From positions 1 to 32,649 of the forward strand of contig JBDRRF010000012.1 of NCBI GenBank assembly GCA_043825875.1: 32,649 nt of DNA. The letters run 5' to 3'. The position numbers and the translations under genes were made by a program. This stretch comes from Pseudomonadota bacterium (GTDB taxonomy: Bacteria; Desulfobacterota; Desulfobacteria; Desulfobacterales; RPRI01). Positions 28,124-32,649 of the stretch are shown one piece after another (the stretch's first letter is position 1; each line of letters starts with the position of its first letter). The notes beneath the pieces are model-generated. The model did no database searches and was not told the DNA's origin. It was given only the letters and a program-made list of their open reading frames with translations.

Positions 28124-28381
28124 GCATTGATTATCCGTATTTTCTGTGGGTTCAGCCCAAATTATATGCTTTTTGTTGATAAACAGGATTTTCCCTCCGC
28201 ATTCTTTGGAAAAGGCATCAACCATGACTACAAACGGGGCATCGGATTTTGTAAAAATATCGGAAACCCTCTGATTTAAAGAAAGATTTATCTTTCCTTG
28301 AAAGATTGATCCATCCGAAGTCTTGATTGTAACTTCTCTGTATTTTGCTTTGTAATTAGTGCCCGGTGTTTTTTTGTCCAA
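28121..28381 (-). CDS. Small hypothetical protein, predicted beta-rich (DUF6812-like from recall)
   Basis: 86 aa, TTG start with AGAGGTG RBS. Pattern VTIKTSDG..FQGKIN..RVSD..PFVV..LFINKKHIIW. Confidence 0.7.
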   Translation of the reverse strand: MDKKTPGTNYKAKYREVTIKTSDGSIFQGKINLSLNQRVSDIFTKSDAPFVVMVDAFSKECGGKILFINKKHIIWAEPTENTDNQC

Positions 28382-28643
28382 TTTTTCACCTCTTTCTTTT
28401 GTTTGAGCCCTTATTTGTGATAGACTTGCATAAGTTCATCAACAAAGCCCGGAAAAAATAAATTAAAATAAGGGTTTTAAATTAAAATTTTTAAGAAAAA
28501 TAACTGGAAAAAATAATATCTGATATTATATTTATAATAACAAAATATTTGGGGAAACACCATATTACAAAATACAAATAGATTCAATAATTAAAATGTA
28601 TTATAATAATTTAAAATAGTTTTTTAAAGAAAATTATCTTTAC

Positions 28644-28670
28644 TTGCAATTTCCTTTATGGTAATTGCAA
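28644..28670. promoter_or_regulatory. Palindromic operator-like site upstream of dksA
   Basis: TTGCAATT-N11-AATTGCAA, 40 nt before the dksA ATG. Confidence 0.35.
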
Positions 28671-28710
28671 CAATGCTCTATAGATAATTTATTCGGAAAA
28701 AGGACTTGCT

Positions 28711-29073
28711 ATGAATAAAAAAGATGTTGAATATTTCAGGAAGTTTTTGACAGAACGCTTGGAAGAACTTTTAAATCAGGCCGATAGTACTGTTTCCGGG
28801 ATGACTGATCCAAAAGAAAATTTTCCTGATCCTACAGACAGGGCATCTCTTGAGGCGGAACGCAATTTCTTACTTAGAATAAGAAACAGGGAGAGTAAAC
28901 TTATTTATAAGATCAAAGCTGCTCTTGAGCGTATAGAAAACGGCACATTTGGAATATGTGAATCTTGCGGAGGTGATATTTCCGTTAAACGCCTTAAGGC
29001 AAGACCGGTAACTTCTCAATGCATAGATTGCAAATCAAAAGAGGAGGTGTTGGAAAAAGCTCTTGGATTATAG
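28711..29073 (+). CDS. dksA: RNA polymerase-binding transcription factor DksA
   Basis: Coiled-coil tip DPTDRA (DxxDxA), C4 zinc finger CESC...CIDC, RLKARP. Confidence 0.94.
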   Translation: MNKKDVEYFRKFLTERLEELLNQADSTVSGMTDPKENFPDPTDRASLEAERNFLLRIRNRESKLIYKIKAALERIENGTFGICESCGGDISVKRLKARPVTSQCIDCKSKEEVLEKALGL

Positions 29074-29935
29074 TGATAACAGGAGCATAGATCTCCATAT
29101 TCATTCTAATGCATCGGATGGAACATTTTCTCCGCAGGAAATTATTGCGCTAGCGCAACGCTTGCGCCTTTCTGCAATTGCAATCACAGATCATGATACA
29201 ATTGATGGCTCGAAAGAAGCAATCGTATCGGGTATTCCTTCCGAATTAAATTTTTTAACCGGTGTGGAATTAAGCGCCGAACCTCCTTTGTCTTTTCAAT
29301 TCTCTGGCAGTTTTCATATACTGGGCTATTCATTTCGCACTGACGATCATACCCTTAATAATACACTTCATACCCTTAAGGCAGCCAGGAAAAACCGTAA
29401 TCCAAAAATAATTGAGCTGTTAAACAATCTTGGGTTTGATATTACAATCGAAGAAGTAATAGCTCTTGCTGGCGAAGGGCAGATTGGCAGACCTCACATT
29501 GCGACGCTTATGATGAAAAAAGGCTTTGTTGAATCGATAAGTAAAGCTTTCGACAAATATCTTGGAAGAGGAAAACCGGCATACGTTGACAAATACCGGC
29601 TTGAATGCAGTAAAGCGCTTGAAATGATTACCGGCGCAGGAGGTGTTCCCGTTATTGCCCATCCCTCGCTTTTTACCATTGGCGAAGGGAAAAATTTTGA
29701 GGACCTTATAGCCGTTTTAAAAGATATGGGCTTAAAGGGTATAGAAGCATATTATCCCGAGCATTCAAAAGATAAGATATCTTATTATGTAGAAATAGCA
29801 AAAAAACACGGTTTATTGTTAACAGGAGGCACGGATTTTCATGGGTCTTTGAAACCTGATATCAGCATGGGATCAGGAAGAGGAGATTTTCATGTGCCTT
29901 ATTTACTATATGAAAATCTGATAAAATCAGTATAG
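29063..29935 (+). CDS. PHP domain metal-dependent phosphoesterase (TrpH/YciV-like)
   Basis: DLHIHSNASDG, AITDHD, GVELS, HILGY, GRPHIA, AHP, GIEAYY, TGGTDFHG. Confidence 0.92.
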   Translation: MDYSDNRSIDLHIHSNASDGTFSPQEIIALAQRLRLSAIAITDHDTIDGSKEAIVSGIPSELNFLTGVELSAEPPLSFQFSGSFHILGYSFRTDDHTLNNTLHTLKAARKNRNPKIIELLNNLGFDITIEEVIALAGEGQIGRPHIATLMMKKGFVESISKAFDKYLGRGKPAYVDKYRLECSKALEMITGAGGVPVIAHPSLFTIGEGKNFEDLIAVLKDMGLKGIEAYYPEHSKDKISYYVEIAKKHGLLLTGGTDFHGSLKPDISMGSGRGDFHVPYLLYENLIKSV

Positions 29936-29990
29936 GTTGTCTATTTTTTGCAACCCATTAAAAGCAGTAAAAAACAATAGGGAAATTCGG

Positions 29991-30710
29991 ATGCAGAGGG
30001 CAGAGCTTTTTGAATTAGAGGAAAAACTCTCATATAAATTTAATAATATAAACCTGCCTGAAGAGGCTCTTCGCCACAGTTCATTTGTAAATGAACAGTC
30101 AAACGCAAAATTACGGGATAACGAACGTCTGGAATTTTTAGGAGATGCAGTTCTTAGTCTTGTTATTGGCCACATTATTATAAATCGTTTTCCGGAATTA
30201 GACGAGGGGGATCTTTCCAGAGTTCGTTCAAATCTTGTCAATGAATTGCAGGTTGCGGCAGTTGCACGTTCTTTGGATCTTGGCTCTTATATTCAGCTGG
30301 GCAAAGGAGAATTCTTATCCAATGGCAGCGATAAAAATTCAATACTGGCCGACACATTTGAAGCAGTAGTAGCAGCAGTATATCTTGACGGAGGATATGA
30401 TAGTGCTTTTAAAATAATAGAAAGCATTTATCTGCCCATAATACAATCAAACGGCAAATCTGCTGCGGCCTGTGATTACAAAAGCAAAATCCAGGAACTG
30501 GTTCAAACCGGTCAGGAAGTAAAACCGGTTTATAATGTTATTGAAGAAAGCGGCCCTGATCATGATAAAATATTTAAAGTTGCGCTAACGGTTAATGATA
30601 TTCAGACAGCAGGATGCGGCAAAAGCAAAAAACTAGCCGAGCAGGAGGCCGCCCGCAAAGCGATAGATATTCTCACAAACGAAAGTAGCCCAAAGGGTGA
30701 TGAACAATAG
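29991..30710 (+). CDS. rnc: Ribonuclease III
   Basis: Signature NERLEFLGDAVL, ADTFEA, dsRBD DYKSKIQE...GPDH...GKSKKLAEQEAA. ATG 29991 is preferred over the TTG at 29937. Confidence 0.97.
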   Translation: MQRAELFELEEKLSYKFNNINLPEEALRHSSFVNEQSNAKLRDNERLEFLGDAVLSLVIGHIIINRFPELDEGDLSRVRSNLVNELQVAAVARSLDLGSYIQLGKGEFLSNGSDKNSILADTFEAVVAAVYLDGGYDSAFKIIESIYLPIIQSNGKSAAACDYKSKIQELVQTGQEVKPVYNVIEESGPDHDKIFKVALTVNDIQTAGCGKSKKLAEQEAARKAIDILTNESSPKGDEQ

Positions 30711-31719
30711 AGATTTTATAATTCCTGTATTTGTTCCCCACGCAGGATGCCCTCATCAATGTATTTTCTGCAACCAAAACACAGTAACCGGAATAAAACC
30801 AAGTATACCTTCACCTGATGATCTTGATAATATAATTGCAACTTTTCTTAAATATAAGGGAAGTAAAAGAAACAGAGTACAAATTGCATTTTACGGCGGT
30901 AATTTTTTAGGCATAGATACTGACATAATAAAACAACTTCTTGTAGTCGCAACAAAGTATGTGACTAAAGGCATTATTGACAGCATACGTTTTTCAACCC
31001 GCCCCGATACCATTGATGATTACAAACTTGATATTGTAGAAAACTTTCCTGTTAAAACAATTGAACTTGGAGTGCAATCTATGGATGATTCCGTGCTGTT
31101 GGCGGCTAAGCGCGGACATACATATTCGGATACAATAAATGCGGTTTCTTTGCTTAAAAAAAGAAATTTTGAAACAGGCATGCAGATGATGATCGGTTTG
31201 CCCGGTGATGATGAAAGCAAATCAATTGCTACAGCAAATCAAATATCAGTACTTCGCCCTGATTTTGTAAGGATATATCCTACCCTGGTATTATCAGGAA
31301 GTACTCTTGCAGTATTATATAATAAAGGAAAGTATGAGCCGCTTTCTCTTGAGCAGGGAGTATTGATTGCAAAAAAAGTATATCTTGTATTCAAAGAAAA
31401 TAATATCAAGGTTATCCGAATGGGTTTGCAGGCTACAGATGATCTTAAAGAAGGTTCTTCTGTTATTGCCGGGCCATACCATCCGGCTTTCGCTCATCTG
31501 GTATATTCGGAAATCTTTTTAGATAATATCATCATGATGTTAGAATCCAAAGATATGAAGTCCGAAAACATAATAATCAAAGTTCATCCGAAAAGCATTT
31601 CAATAGCAAGAGGTATAAAAAATAAAAACATTCAAACAATAAAAGAATTGTTCGGAATAAAATCTATAGATGTTATGCCGGATATATCTCTTTCGCGTGA
31701 TGAAGTTAAAAAATGCTGA
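30697..31719 (+). CDS. Radical SAM protein (Elp3/YhcC-like)
   Basis: CPHQCIFC (CxxxCxxC), FYGG, STRPD, IELGVQS, RGH, MIGLPG, RIYP, AGPYHPAF. Overlaps the end of rnc. Confidence 0.9.
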   Translation: MMNNRDFIIPVFVPHAGCPHQCIFCNQNTVTGIKPSIPSPDDLDNIIATFLKYKGSKRNRVQIAFYGGNFLGIDTDIIKQLLVVATKYVTKGIIDSIRFSTRPDTIDDYKLDIVENFPVKTIELGVQSMDDSVLLAAKRGHTYSDTINAVSLLKKRNFETGMQMMIGLPGDDESKSIATANQISVLRPDFVRIYPTLVLSGSTLAVLYNKGKYEPLSLEQGVLIAKKVYLVFKENNIKVIRMGLQATDDLKEGSSVIAGPYHPAFAHLVYSEIFLDNIIMMLESKDMKSENIIIKVHPKSISIARGIKNKNIQTIKELFGIKSIDVMPDISLSRDEVKKC

Positions 31720-31915
31720 TTTTAGGCTTGACTCTTACCTTTTAATGCTAAATAATTGTCACTATCTTTAACATTTTCAGGTAATATTATGGCTATCGGA
31801 GATAAAATATTAAATTTAAGAAAAGAAAACTATTGTTCATGTTATAGACAGTTTGCTAAGAGATGCCAAAGCAAGAAAGACCTATGCAGTGCAATAGTTT
31901 GCACAGGAGAATATC

Positions 31916-32119
31916 ATGGAGCAAATACAATATATTTCTGATGAGAATAATAATATAACCGGCGTTATTGTGCCTATTGATCTTTGGCAGGAACTACAGT
32001 CGGAGAAAGAGACCGCTTATCTTCTAAAAAGCGAGACAATGAAAAAACGACTGCTGGAAGCAAAAAATCGCAAGAAAGGAATACCTTTTGACGAAGCCTG
32101 TAAAAAGCTTGGAGTTTGA
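31916..32119 (+). CDS. Type II antitoxin, YefM/Phd-like (short form)
   Basis: ETAYLLKS..MKKRLLEA resembles the YefM toxin-neutralising segment. AGGAG RBS; overlaps the downstream toxin. Confidence 0.8.
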   Translation: MEQIQYISDENNNITGVIVPIDLWQELQSEKETAYLLKSETMKKRLLEAKNRKKGIPFDEACKKLGV

Positions 32120-32357
32120 TCTTGCCGGTTTTGAAGACCTGTCGTGGTGGATTGAAAAAGACCGGAAAAAAGCCCTCAAAATTGTTAAGCTTATCAAAGA
32201 AATCCAGCGTGATCCGTTCCATGGAACCGGCAAGCCGGAACCCTTAAAACACGAGCTGACAGGTTGCTGGTCAAGACGTATTGACCTTGAGCACAGACTT
32301 GTTTATCAGGTAATCAACGAAAAAATCAGAATACTTGCCTGCCGTTATCACTATTAA
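32088..32357 (+). CDS. yoeB: Txe/YoeB family ribosome-dependent mRNase toxin
   Basis: PFHGTGKPEPLKH, WSRRIDLEHRLVY, C-terminal CRYHY. Confidence 0.93.
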   Translation: MTKPVKSLEFDLAGFEDLSWWIEKDRKKALKIVKLIKEIQRDPFHGTGKPEPLKHELTGCWSRRIDLEHRLVYQVINEKIRILACRYHY

Positions 32358-32607
32358 ATCAAGCAGAAGCCGCTGTAGTACTTGCCATACTATCCAAATA
32401 ATTTAGCAAAAAAACATTTGCTTTTCATAAAATCTTCTGATAAACACCAAAAACTTATTTATAATTACTATTTAGTTGATTTGTAAAATACTGCTTTGGT
32501 GATTTATTGTTGCCGGCTGCTGAGTGCTGATTGTGTTCTTTATTTCTTGTTTGTTGCTTCTGCTCCCCGGCTATTGATACCAGATATAAAGCTAAAGGAG
32601 CACTGCA

Positions 32608-32649
32608 ATGAAAAGAATTCTTCTTTATTTGTTCCTGTTGGTCGGCCTG
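32608..32649 (+). CDS. N-terminus of a probable exported protein (truncated by window end)
   Basis: AAGGAG RBS, then ATG and a signal-peptide-like MKRILLYLFLLVGL, open to the end of the window. Confidence 0.6.
   Translation, partial: MKRILLYLFLLVGL

Noticed and set aside
31756..31941. 61-aa TTG ORF before the antitoxin
   Set aside because: No RBS or motif; overlaps the probable promoter region and the antitoxin start.

Overview
This 32.6-kb window looks like AT-rich bacterial chromosome. A Desulfobacterota/Desulfobacterales-like origin is inferred from gene content and order, not tested. Most of it is housekeeping: nadB; grpE-dnaK; SRP RNA (ffs); tilS-ftsH-folP-coaX; an MBL hydrolase; AmmeMemoRadiSam protein B; clpB; DHH phosphoesterase; RNase Z-like hydrolase; sirC-ccsA-hemA-fabD; dksA-PHP-rnc-radical SAM; and a YefM/YoeB-type toxin-antitoxin pair. 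The best candidate for an undescribed system is a three-gene module at about 13.2-18.3 kb between amrB and clpB. It encodes a four-GAF histidine kinase with an atypical H-box, a response regulator whose output domain is nucleoside 2-deoxyribosyltransferase/TIR-like rather than DNA-binding, and a ROK sugar kinase. The intergenic DNA holds several small non-autonomous repeats: two near-identical 142-bp MITE-like copies plus a decayed third, one palindromic element inserted into the hairpin loop of another with a 6-bp target duplication, a decayed four-helix-bundle gene framed by inverted octamer repeats, and a possible IS end at the left edge. grpE and clpB share an identically spaced promoter-like motif, and no CIRCE was seen. 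All family assignments come from motif recognition by eye; no database searches were run.
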